Virus record (IMG/VR): IMGVR_UViG_3300020440_001329
Location: 1 to 26,270 of that record
Origin: a virus
Taxonomy: Duplodnaviria; Caudoviricetes
DNA length: 26,270 nucleotides
Strand: one strand, 5' to 3'
Below, one piece after another: positions 10,701-18,355 of the stretch. A model generated the notes under the pieces. The model searched no databases and was not told the origin of the DNA. It saw only the letters and a program-made list of their open reading frames with translations. The position numbers and the translations under genes are program-made. Every line of letters starts with the position of its first letter. The first letter of the stretch is position 1.

Positions 10701-11327
10701 GCCAATACAGATGCAGGGTTTAGTATTGTGAAGTATACAGGGAACGGAAGTGGTAATAACACAAGCACAACTGTAGGACACGGATTATCTTCTGCTCCTG
10801 AACTTGTAATAGCAAAAATATTAGATACATCAGGTAATTGGCAAATTCAATATGCTAAAGATAGTGACAATTTAGCAGGTAGTTTTACTACAAGTGCATT
10901 AGGTAATCACAGTGCAGTAGTGCCTACTTCTACAGTATTTAATCCTTACTACGCAAATACAAGTAATAACTTTATTACCTACTGTTTCCACAGCGTATCG
11001 GGTTATAGCAAGATAGGGAGTTATAGTGGGTCATCATCATCCCAAAGAATATACGTTACAGATGATGGTACATCTTCAGGAAGTGGTGGATTTGAACCAT
11101 CTTGGGTTATGATAAAAAGAACGGATTCTATCGCTGCAAATTGGATAATATACGATAAACCAAGAGGTAATGGTGATATTGAATTATATCTTGACAGTAG
11201 TTCGAATGAATCAAATACATCATCAGTAAGAGGTATAACATTTCAATCAGATGGGTTTACTCTGGATAATTCGCATAGTGCGTACAACACAAGTGGGGGG
11301 GATTTCATCTATATGGCATTTAAATAA
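7749..11327 (+). CDS. Multi-LamG/concanavalin A-like virion adhesin with C-terminal YTGNG-type domain, 1192 aa
   Basis: Four LamG bodies (FNGSSS/FDG...W.H....YING...(I/L)DQVR). C-terminal region with YTGNG, GLIWFKNR, YVAWVWKGG, GFSIVKYTGNG, GFEPSWVMIK, IYMAF. Confidence 0.88.
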   Translation: MIGTSQLINAFGAPVCFTDTTDIFKDRSGVALYGLDYDASDAGGASGKFGEAAIFNGSSSKIVLPALGSGFTGSSERSVSAWVKITSTPSGSIAIFNSGSAATLQSFGYFIGTSREVIISYYNKNWSTSETISLDTWNHIVFTYNGGAVETLSNSKIYINGTLATLGSTTGSATGIANTTDTNHAIGAYTPTSSLFFNGSIDQVRIYNTALTQSQVTQLYQENASTLSQHLFGCIATYNLDGSAKESLGTTAYDGTETDITYRYDGTPTNVDFGVGGKSNYGARFNGSSSYIQTSLNSSNIYAISFWVYFESGVTEYTPFGTDVSSGAGDIASELQTNGSFSMTIQNKAYSTGAGGLGSTGWKHIAYSSNQQLYINGVLHTGGTTATNTNPSANLLIGGWRLPVPSWGAFNSKLDQVRIFNKAISAAEVSKLYGNGAGEIACAYTSTTDNIALPITNTAYYKLDNNSKDSARSTGKFNEGAIFNGSSSKISTTINNSDVESFSLWFYFESGTTVGRLLGSNVGSSGGNLAVEVATNGAISAQLQNLRYAAGSGALGSTGWKHIYYDTNRDLYINGTLHTGGTDGTDSFGNSTVLIGALRTNYGFINTTIDQVRFYDVTLSYADVSNLYAETASDTSTLSFPSGKTAIATYQLDGNSTDLSGNYNGTDTNITYAYDGTESNIEYRFGRFGQAAVFDGYNSIIEASNVSGLNNATAVSASLWFNWDDSASVSNYGHLINIGTGTLVNGDYFGLAIGDDGGTFNRVLYGYFPEGSSSTGQTVKPNAWHHAVIVHEGTSVKYYYNGNLIATHTKTSLSLPSSGNNITIGEYAYNGSHHFKGQIDQVRIYDAALTSDQVTELYNEKPEVDTSNFKTVLYTGNGGTQYISNVGMDLETNGGLIWFKNRDQTDTHRLHDSIRGITKYVSTSSTGAQVTISSGGPQSFDSNGFTTSSGHAYNATNEDYVAWVWKGGGDAVLNEQGSVNSQVSANTDAGFSIVKYTGNGSGNNTSTTVGHGLSSAPELVIAKILDTSGNWQIQYAKDSDNLAGSFTTSALGNHSAVVPTSTVFNPYYANTSNNFITYCFHSVSGYSKIGSYSGSSSSQRIYVTDDGTSSGSGGFEPSWVMIKRTDSIAANWIIYDKPRGNGDIELYLDSSSNESNTSSVRGITFQSDGFTLDNSHSAYNTSGGDFIYMAFK
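7905..9214 (+). repeat. Exact 26-nt direct repeat gcaatatttaacgggagtagtagtaa (7905-7930, 9189-9214), plus shorter repeats between LamG units
   Basis: Read directly from sequence. ttaggttcaacagg also occurs at 8817-8830 and 9411-9424, and gaccaagt.aga marks each DQVR. Confidence 0.9.
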
Positions 11328-11403
11328 AATAAGAAATATTATATTTTCACAATTAGTGTAAAATGAAAATAAGATGGAAGATTTAAAAAATATTTAAAAA
11401 ATT

Positions 11404-11754
11404 ATGGCTTTAACAAAAATAACATCGGGTGTAATAGCGCCAGAATTCACAACTTCGGCAAATTTAGTGTCAGGCACATCCGTATCTGTTGATTGGAATA
11501 GCGCTCAAATATTTAGAATAACCCCAAATCATGCGGTAACATTTTCTTTTACAGATTATAAAATAGGTATGGTAAAAATTATTGTAGCTACAGGTGGTGG
11601 CGGAAGTAATACACTTGCTTTTCCATCCGAGGCTGTTAAGCTAAGCGGGGATTATGACGACACGACTGGTACTAAAAACTTTATACAGATAGTGTGTACA
11701 GATGATGACGGTACCCCTGAGTTCTTTTATTCTATATCGCAACAGGCTACATAA
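11404..11754 (+). CDS. Hypothetical virion protein, 116 aa
   Basis: MALTKIT start and beta-rich composition, typical of small tail-associated proteins. Confidence 0.6.
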   Translation: MALTKITSGVIAPEFTTSANLVSGTSVSVDWNSAQIFRITPNHAVTFSFTDYKIGMVKIIVATGGGGSNTLAFPSEAVKLSGDYDDTTGTKNFIQIVCTDDDGTPEFFYSISQQAT

Positions 11755-11765
11755 TATTAAATGAA

Positions 11766-12182
11766 ATGGCTAAAAAACGTTTTAAAGATACCGGCGTTGG
11801 GAAGTTCTTATTAGAAAAAATTCCTAACGTCGTTGGCGCTATAGCGGGCGATACACCAGTGGGTTCTGTAATACAGGCTATTATAGGTGGATCAGATATG
11901 TCTGAAGAAGACAAGAAAATTGCACTTAAAAAATTAGATATTGAAAGAGCTGAAATAGATGGTACAACTAAGCGCTGGGTTGCAGATGCAACCTCAGGAT
12001 CTTGGCTTGCTGCTAACGTTCGTCCTTTAACATTGGTGTTTTTAACAGTAAGTTATGTAGCTGGATGGTATATGGGGTATCCTTTAGAAAACATTACCGG
12101 ACTTTTGACGATCGTGATTGGTGGATATTTCGGATCGCGGGGAGTGGAAAAAGTATTTGGAAATAGTAAACATAAACAATGA
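11766..12182 (+). CDS. Holin-like membrane protein (resembles GTA 3TM holin family)
   Basis: SWLAANVRPLTLVFLT and LLTIVIGGYFGSRGVEK motifs; two hydrophobic segments; upstream of the endolysin. Confidence 0.75.
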   Translation: MAKKRFKDTGVGKFLLEKIPNVVGAIAGDTPVGSVIQAIIGGSDMSEEDKKIALKKLDIERAEIDGTTKRWVADATSGSWLAANVRPLTLVFLTVSYVAGWYMGYPLENITGLLTIVIGGYFGSRGVEKVFGNSKHKQ

Positions 12183-12337
12183 ACGATTTAAAAATTTATG
12201 GCATAAACGTCGGCGCGGTTGTTTTTTCAGCTATGCCAAACATAAACCCCACTTTGCAGACTATTGTGTTAATTATGACAATAGTATATACAGGGATGAA
12301 TATTTATATTAAATTAAAAGATAGAAATAAAAAATGA
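12179..12337 (+). CDS. 52-aa membrane protein absent from the ORF track (second holin/antiholin candidate)
   Basis: MNDLKIYGINVGAVVFSAMPNINPTLQTIVLIMTIVYTGMNIYIKLKDRNKK*. ATGA overlaps with both the upstream stop (12180-12182) and the downstream start (12334). Confidence 0.8.
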   Translation: MNDLKIYGINVGAVVFSAMPNINPTLQTIVLIMTIVYTGMNIYIKLKDRNKK

Positions 12338-12678
12338 AATACTTTGAAGAGTCTGAGTTTAACGGTTTTGAAATGATGGATGAGAAGCTTCTTTCAATGT
12401 TAGACGAGCTACGAGAAGCTTATGGCTATCCAATAAAAATTACATCGGATTATAGAAGCCCAGATCATCCAATTGAAGCTGCCAAAAAACAACCAGGCGA
12501 GCACGCATATGGTGCCGCGGTAGATATAGAAAGTGTAGGCGGTGAAAAAACTTTTAAATTAGTTAAAGCCGCAATTGAGGTTGGTTTTACTAGAATAGGT
12601 GTCAGTAGAAAAAAAGGTTTTATACATTTAGGAATAGGTTATCCAAATGCACCTAATACAACTCTATGGACATATTAA
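12334..12678 (+). CDS. Peptidase M15A family Zn peptidase, putative endolysin
   Basis: ITSDYRSP..H, H-x6-D (HAYGAAVD) and FIHL zinc-ligand motifs. Confidence 0.88.
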   Translation: MKYFEESEFNGFEMMDEKLLSMLDELREAYGYPIKITSDYRSPDHPIEAAKKQPGEHAYGAAVDIESVGGEKTFKLVKAAIEVGFTRIGVSRKKGFIHLGIGYPNAPNTTLWTY

Positions 12679-12688
12679 AATAAATTGA

Positions 12689-12910
12689 ATGAAATTAATT
12701 AGGAAAATATCTATTGGTCAGGATTATAAAAATGAGGCCATGCATTACTCTGTAGGCCAAGACGTATACGGGGGTCATAAAATTTGTGACATATTGCGTA
12801 CAGAAGACGGATCATATCAAATATATATTGAAAAGATGGGTTCGCAATTACCTTGGAAACATTTTAATAAAAACATGGCTATATCAATAGAGTATAACTT
12901 AGATTATTAA
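12689..12910 (+). CDS. Hypothetical protein, 73 aa
   Basis: IRKISIG.DYK..AMHY.VGQ motif; abuts the next gene. Confidence 0.7.
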   Translation: MKLIRKISIGQDYKNEAMHYSVGQDVYGGHKICDILRTEDGSYQIYIEKMGSQLPWKHFNKNMAISIEYNLDY

Positions 12911-13498
12911 ATGAGGTCATTATACAATTATATTATATCAACAAATAACAGATACAAGAATAAAACATCTGTTGAAGGAAAAGAACTTATATTAAACACC
13001 GAAGTTACCGAAAGAGATTACGAGTTTGTAAATAGAGTAGGTACAGTTGTAAGTGTTCCTATAAACATAAAAACCCCTATAAAGCCGGGAGACAATGTTA
13101 TAATACATCATAATGTATTTAGAAGATGGTATGACATTAGAGGTAACGAAAGAAATTCAGGTAATTATATAGACGAAAACAGATACACTGTATCGCCAGA
13201 AGAATTGTTTGCTTATAAACAAAACGACAAATGGCATTGCCCTAATATGTATTGTTTTGTAGAACCTTTAGAAAACGAAGACATATGGAGCGCCGAGAGT
13301 GAACAAAAACTTTTAGGAGTGCTTACATATACTAATGACTATTTAAGCTCGTTAGGTGTAGCCTGTGGCGATATTGTAGGGTTTACACCTGATTCTGAAT
13401 ACGAATTTAACATAGATGATAAAAAATTATATAGAATTTTATCAACAGAAATAACTATCAACTATGGACATAAAAAAGAAACGAATACTTATTCTTGA
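12911..13498 (+). CDS. Protein with two tandem GroES-like domains, 195 aa
   Basis: Domain 1: LILNT...GTVVSVP...IKPGDNVII...YTVSPEELFA. Domain 2: YCFVEP...GVL...VACGDIVGF...EYEFNIDDKKLYRI...EI. Confidence 0.65.
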   Translation: MRSLYNYIISTNNRYKNKTSVEGKELILNTEVTERDYEFVNRVGTVVSVPINIKTPIKPGDNVIIHHNVFRRWYDIRGNERNSGNYIDENRYTVSPEELFAYKQNDKWHCPNMYCFVEPLENEDIWSAESEQKLLGVLTYTNDYLSSLGVACGDIVGFTPDSEYEFNIDDKKLYRILSTEITINYGHKKETNTYS

Positions 13499-13724
13499 AG
13501 CTGCTGAAAATTCAATTAATGAATTGATAAAAGTAATGAATAAGAAAATGGATCCAGATGAACTAGATCCTGAAAAAGTAAAAATATCAGCCTCAGCTTA
13601 TAGGCTTGCGATGGAAGATGCTATTGCGCTTTTGCAAAGAGTAGAAGAAATAAATGAAATGATGAACGAAACACCTAAGACTGCTAAAGACAGTTTTTAC
13701 GGTGTAGAAAACAGAGCTAAATAA
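13464..13724 (+). CDS. Small helical protein, candidate terminase small subunit
   Basis: 86 aa, helical pattern, TAATG-coupled immediately upstream of terL. The call is positional only. Confidence 0.45.
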   Translation: MDIKKKRILILEAAENSINELIKVMNKKMDPDELDPEKVKISASAYRLAMEDAIALLQRVEEINEMMNETPKTAKDSFYGVENRAK

Positions 13725-15961
13725 TGTATAAACAAAATCTATATGCTATACACTCTGCGCATTTGTCTACAAAAAATGTAAAAAGAAACAATAAGCTAAA
13801 AAATTATAAGTACGGTTATAATGATGATCTTGACTGTGTAGTAATAAGTAAAGATGGTACCATAGGTGAAATTTTTGAAGTACAAGGATTACGTATTGCA
13901 CTGCCTGCAATACCTAAAGAAGTATATTCAAATAGCGAAAAACCTGAAGATCAAGTTTTTAAGCAAACCTTAAAACCCGCTACGCTATCAAAGATTAAAT
14001 CAATACATGATTTTCAATTATATCCAGATGACATTAAAGAAAAGTATTACGAATATATTAATTCAGAGTTTGATCGTCGCAGTGATGGCTACTGGTTTAT
14101 GTGCAACGGCACAGCAACCTATATCACAGGAACACACTATATGTACCTTAACTGGACAAAAATTGATATTGGTGCACCTGAATTTAGACAATCAAACAAA
14201 ATATTCTTTTACTTTTGGGAAGCCTGCAAGGCTGATTACAGATGTTATGGAATGTGCTATCTCAAAAATAGACGGAGTGGATTCTCCTTTATGGCTAGCG
14301 GAGAGACAGTTAATCAAGCTACAATATCAAAGGATGCAAGATTTGGGGTGCTATCAAAAAGTGGTAGTGACGCAAAAAAAATGTTTACCGATAAAATTGT
14401 ACCTATATCAATCAACTACCCGTTCTTTTTTAAGCCGATACAAGATGGGATGGAAAGACCTAAAACAGAACTTTCCTACAAAATACCATCCAAAAGACTT
14501 ACAAGGAATTCATTTAAAGCCACTGATCAAAGCGAAGTTCAAGTTGGCGAAGGGCTTGACACTACAATTGACTGGAAGAACACAGGCGACAACTCCTATG
14601 ACGGTGAAAAACTAAAATTACTAGTTCACGACGAATCTGGTAAATGGGAAAAGCCTGATAACATATTAAACAACTGGCGTGTTACTAAAACTTGTTTAAG
14701 ACTAGGCGCAAAAATAGTTGGCAAGTGTATGATGGGATCTACATCAAATGCCTTAGATAAAGGTGGCGAAAACTTTAAAAAATTATATAATGATTCAAAA
14801 GTTGAAAACCGAAACCGCAATGGGCAGACTGCTAGTGGACTATACTCTTTGTTCATTCCTATGGAATGGAATTATGAGGGATTCATTGACAAATATGGAT
14901 TTCCTGTCTTCGATAATCCAGAAGAACCAGTCGAAGGAATCGACGGAGAACTTATCAGAAATGGAGTCATCAATCATTGGGAGAATGAAGCAGATGGACT
15001 CAAAGGGAATAATGATGCTTTAAATGAATTTTATAGACAGTTCCCAAGAAGCGAAAAGCACGCATTTAGAGACGAAATAGAAAAGTCTTTATTCAATTTA
15101 AATAAAATATACGAACAAATAGATTTCAACGAAGAAATGACAATGAAGGGTTATGTAACCCGAGGTTCTTTTCAATGGAAAAACGGAGTTAAAGATTCTG
15201 CGGTAGAATTTTATCCAAATAAATCAGGAAGATTTAAATTATCTTGGATTCCACCGGTTGAAATGCAAAACAATATAATAGTAAAAAACGGTATTAAATA
15301 CCCGGGCAATAAAGATTTAGGTGCTTTTGGTTGTGATAGTTATGATATTAGCGGAACAACAGATGGCAGCGGATCTAATGGTGCTCTTCATGGGCTTACT
15401 ACATTTAGTATGCTTTCAGAAGTGCCGTCTAGTCAATTTTTTTTAGAATATGTTGCTAGACCACAAACTGCTGAAATATTTTTTGAAGATGTGCTTATGG
15501 CAATGATATTCTATGGAATGCCAATACTTGCTGAAAACAATAAACCTAGATTATTATATCATATTAAGAGAAGAGGCTATAGAGGGTTTTCAATGAATAG
15601 ACCCGATAAAGCATTTAGAAAATTATCTATAACAGAAAAAGAGTTAGGTGGTATACCCAATACTTCGGAAGATATAAGACAAGCTCATGCAGCAGCAATT
15701 GAAAGTTATATTGAAACTCACGTTGGGTTAAAAGAAAATGGTGATTGCGGCAGAATGTACTTTCAAAGAACATTAGAAGACTGGGCTAAATTTGATATTA
15801 ATAAAAGAACAAAATTTGATGCGTCTATAAGCTCAGGGCTTGCCATAATGGCTTGCCAAAGACACTTATATGCATCTAAAACCGTAAGAGAGGTTAAAAA
15901 AATAGACTTTGGATTTTCAAAATATAATAACCAAGGTTTAAAAAGTCAAATAATACAATAA
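13724..15961 (+). CDS. terL: Terminase large subunit (crAss-like), 745 aa
   Basis: Walker A-like LKNRRSGFS, Walker B LLVHDESGKW, MGSTSN coupling motif, nuclease acidic motifs FGCDSYD, LAENN, KFDASIS. Confidence 0.93.
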   Translation: MYKQNLYAIHSAHLSTKNVKRNNKLKNYKYGYNDDLDCVVISKDGTIGEIFEVQGLRIALPAIPKEVYSNSEKPEDQVFKQTLKPATLSKIKSIHDFQLYPDDIKEKYYEYINSEFDRRSDGYWFMCNGTATYITGTHYMYLNWTKIDIGAPEFRQSNKIFFYFWEACKADYRCYGMCYLKNRRSGFSFMASGETVNQATISKDARFGVLSKSGSDAKKMFTDKIVPISINYPFFFKPIQDGMERPKTELSYKIPSKRLTRNSFKATDQSEVQVGEGLDTTIDWKNTGDNSYDGEKLKLLVHDESGKWEKPDNILNNWRVTKTCLRLGAKIVGKCMMGSTSNALDKGGENFKKLYNDSKVENRNRNGQTASGLYSLFIPMEWNYEGFIDKYGFPVFDNPEEPVEGIDGELIRNGVINHWENEADGLKGNNDALNEFYRQFPRSEKHAFRDEIEKSLFNLNKIYEQIDFNEEMTMKGYVTRGSFQWKNGVKDSAVEFYPNKSGRFKLSWIPPVEMQNNIIVKNGIKYPGNKDLGAFGCDSYDISGTTDGSGSNGALHGLTTFSMLSEVPSSQFFLEYVARPQTAEIFFEDVLMAMIFYGMPILAENNKPRLLYHIKRRGYRGFSMNRPDKAFRKLSITEKELGGIPNTSEDIRQAHAAAIESYIETHVGLKENGDCGRMYFQRTLEDWAKFDINKRTKFDASISSGLAIMACQRHLYASKTVREVKKIDFGFSKYNNQGLKSQIIQ
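14007..14615 (+). CDS. Candidate overprinted (+1 frame) exported protein inside terL
   Basis: 202 stop-free codons. MTLKK-SITNILIQSLIVAVMATGLC-ATA|QQ resembles a signal peptide. terL codons around 14072-14127 are C-ending-rich. Confidence 0.4.
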   Translation: MIFNYIQMTLKKSITNILIQSLIVAVMATGLCATAQQPISQEHTICTLTGQKLILVHLNLDNQTKYSFTFGKPARLITDVMECAISKIDGVDSPLWLAERQLIKLQYQRMQDLGCYQKVVVTQKKCLPIKLYLYQSTTRSFLSRYKMGWKDLKQNFPTKYHPKDLQGIHLKPLIKAKFKLAKGLTLQLTGRTQATTPMTVKN

Positions 15962-15964
15962 AAA

Positions 15965-18325
15965 ATGGCAGAAGCTACAGGACAAGTTACCCAATTTCCC
16001 AGCCAATCGGTTGACGATGCTACAAAAGCTAGCATGGACTACGGAATGGAAGTGGCCCGCGGTATACAAAATGAATGGTTTAGAAAATCATCTGGCACAG
16101 GAAGGTTCGTCCAAAATCAACGAGACTTTCATAAACTAAGATTATACGCCAGAGGTGAGCAATCTGTTCAAAAATATAAAGATGAGTTTTCTGTAAACGG
16201 AGATTTATCTTATCTTAATCTTGATTGGAAACCAGTACCAATTATACCTAAGTTTGTGGATATAGTTGTTAACGGTATGCAAGATAGGTTATTTACAGTT
16301 AAAGCTTTTGCACAAGATCCAACATCTGTTAAAGAAAGAACTGATTTTGTAGAAAGCGTGCAAATTGATATGCAAACTAAAGATTTTGTTGACGACGTAA
16401 ACAATACTCTTGGTATAAATATAAGTAATACAGACCCAGACGATCTTCCAGCTTCTAATGATGAACTTGAGCTGTATATGCAAATAGGTTATAAACAATC
16501 TATAGAATTAGCTCAGGAGCAGGCAATTGATAATGTTTTTAAAAGAAACAGTTATCCTGAAATTAAAAAGCGCATAGATTATGATCAAACAGTTTTAGGC
16601 ATCGGCTGCGCAAAGCACACGTTTAATAACACAGAAGGTATAAATATTGAGTATGTTGATCCTGCTAACTTAATATATTCTTACACGGAAGATCCTAACT
16701 TTGATGACGTATATTATTTTGGAGAGGTTAAGCAAATTAAGTCTAATGAACTTAAAAAACAATTCCCAGAATTAACAGATGAAGAATTTGAAAACATAGT
16801 TAAAAGTTCTTCTAACTATAATAATTACGATTATATAAATAGTGATTCTAATGATACAGTAGATACAAACACTTTAACCGTTTTGTATTTTAATTGGAAA
16901 TCTTGGGAAAAAAGCGTATACAAAATAAAAGAAACATCTACTGGTGCTAAAAAAGCTATAAAAAAAGACGATAGTTTTAATCCACCTAAAGACCAAAGAA
17001 CAAGATTTGAAAAAGTAGCTCAAGCAAGAGAAACTATATACGAAGGCGTAATGGTTCTTGGATCTGATAAGCTTCTTAAATGGGAAAAAGCTACTAATAT
17101 GGTTCGCCCTGATTCTAACGTTAATAAAGTAATGATGAATTACGTTGTTAGCGCACCTAGAATGTATAAGGGTAAAATTGAAAGCTTAGTAAGTAGAATG
17201 GTTACTTATGCTGATTTAATTCAGCTTACACATTTGAAACTACAACAAGTAATACAGAGAATGACGCCGTCAGGTGTTTATTTAGATGCTGATGGACTTG
17301 CAGAAATTGATTTAGGCAATGGAACGAATTATAATCCGCAAGAGGCTTTAAATTTATATTTTCAAACAGGTTCAGTTATAGGTAGGTCTATGACGGTAGA
17401 CGGCGATGTAAATCCTGGTAAAGTGCCAATACAAGAATTACCCGGAGGGGGAGGTCAACAATCAGCATTGCTTATACAAGCGTATAATTATTATTTAACA
17501 ATGATGCGCGATGTAACGGGATTAAATGAAGCAAGAGATGGGTCAGACCCTGATCCCTATGCGCTAGTTGGTGTACAAAAATTAGCTGCTGCAAATTCTA
17601 ATACAGCAACAAGGCACATTTTGCACAGCTCTTTATATATTACTAGTACGTTAGCAGAAGCTATATCAGTAAGAATAAAAGATGTATTAGAATATCACCC
17701 GCAAAGAGACGCTATGATTAGCGGTATCGGAAGATTTAGTGTTGGAGCATTAAAAGAAATGGATAAATTACACATTCACGATTTTGGTATATTTTTAGAT
17801 TTAGATCCAGACGAAGACGAAAAACAACTTGTAGAAAATAATATACAAGCTGCATTGTCAAGAGACCAAATACATCTTGAAGATGTTATTGATATTAGGC
17901 AAATTAAAAATATTAAATTAGCAAATCAATTATTAAAATATAGAAGAGCTAGAAAAGCTGCTGCTGATCAAATTAAAGCAGAAAGAAATATTGCTGCTCA
18001 GTCTGAGGCTAATGCAAAAGCCGCGCAAGCTGCTGAAATGGCAAAAGCACAAGCTGAAAGCATAAAAGCTGAAGCTAAAGGCAAGTTAGCCGAATTACAA
18101 ACAGAGCTTGATATTAAAAAATTAGAAACAGAAGCAAACACTAAACGGCAATTAATGCAATATGAATTTGATTTAAATATGAAGCTTAAAGAAATGGAGC
18201 TTGATACTAAAAAAGAAATTGAATTGCAAAAGCCGCCATCAAATCCAAAACCTAAAAAAGGTTTTGAGTCCTCCGGAAACGACGTTTTAGGCGGAATAGA
18301 TTTAAGTGGTTTTGAACCAAGATAA
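15965..18325 (+). CDS. Portal protein (crAss-like), 786 aa
   Basis: Directly after terL; VPIIPKFVDIVV, FQTGSVIG, TGLNEARDG, HDFGIF motifs and C-terminal coiled coil. Confidence 0.88.
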   Translation: MAEATGQVTQFPSQSVDDATKASMDYGMEVARGIQNEWFRKSSGTGRFVQNQRDFHKLRLYARGEQSVQKYKDEFSVNGDLSYLNLDWKPVPIIPKFVDIVVNGMQDRLFTVKAFAQDPTSVKERTDFVESVQIDMQTKDFVDDVNNTLGINISNTDPDDLPASNDELELYMQIGYKQSIELAQEQAIDNVFKRNSYPEIKKRIDYDQTVLGIGCAKHTFNNTEGINIEYVDPANLIYSYTEDPNFDDVYYFGEVKQIKSNELKKQFPELTDEEFENIVKSSSNYNNYDYINSDSNDTVDTNTLTVLYFNWKSWEKSVYKIKETSTGAKKAIKKDDSFNPPKDQRTRFEKVAQARETIYEGVMVLGSDKLLKWEKATNMVRPDSNVNKVMMNYVVSAPRMYKGKIESLVSRMVTYADLIQLTHLKLQQVIQRMTPSGVYLDADGLAEIDLGNGTNYNPQEALNLYFQTGSVIGRSMTVDGDVNPGKVPIQELPGGGGQQSALLIQAYNYYLTMMRDVTGLNEARDGSDPDPYALVGVQKLAAANSNTATRHILHSSLYITSTLAEAISVRIKDVLEYHPQRDAMISGIGRFSVGALKEMDKLHIHDFGIFLDLDPDEDEKQLVENNIQAALSRDQIHLEDVIDIRQIKNIKLANQLLKYRRARKAAADQIKAERNIAAQSEANAKAAQAAEMAKAQAESIKAEAKGKLAELQTELDIKKLETEANTKRQLMQYEFDLNMKLKEMELDTKKEIELQKPPSNPKPKKGFESSGNDVLGGIDLSGFEPR

Positions 18326-18355
18326 TTTTTACAAACTATTATATATTATTAAATT

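Noticed and set aside
7749-11327. Diversity-generating retroelement or invertible cassette acting on the adhesin
   Set aside because: No reverse transcriptase or recombinase is in the window. The repeats are short, direct and in frame, and no template/variable pair differing at adenines was seen.
12118-12312. Listed 64-aa + strand ORF (MVDISDRG...)
   Set aside because: It overlaps the holin out of frame. The 12179..12337 ORF fits the gap exactly, with ATGA coupling and a sensible membrane-protein sequence.
15966-16139. Open +1 frame at the start of the portal gene (about 40 aa from its first ATG)
   Set aside because: It is short, has no recognisable motif or leader, and is compatible with chance.
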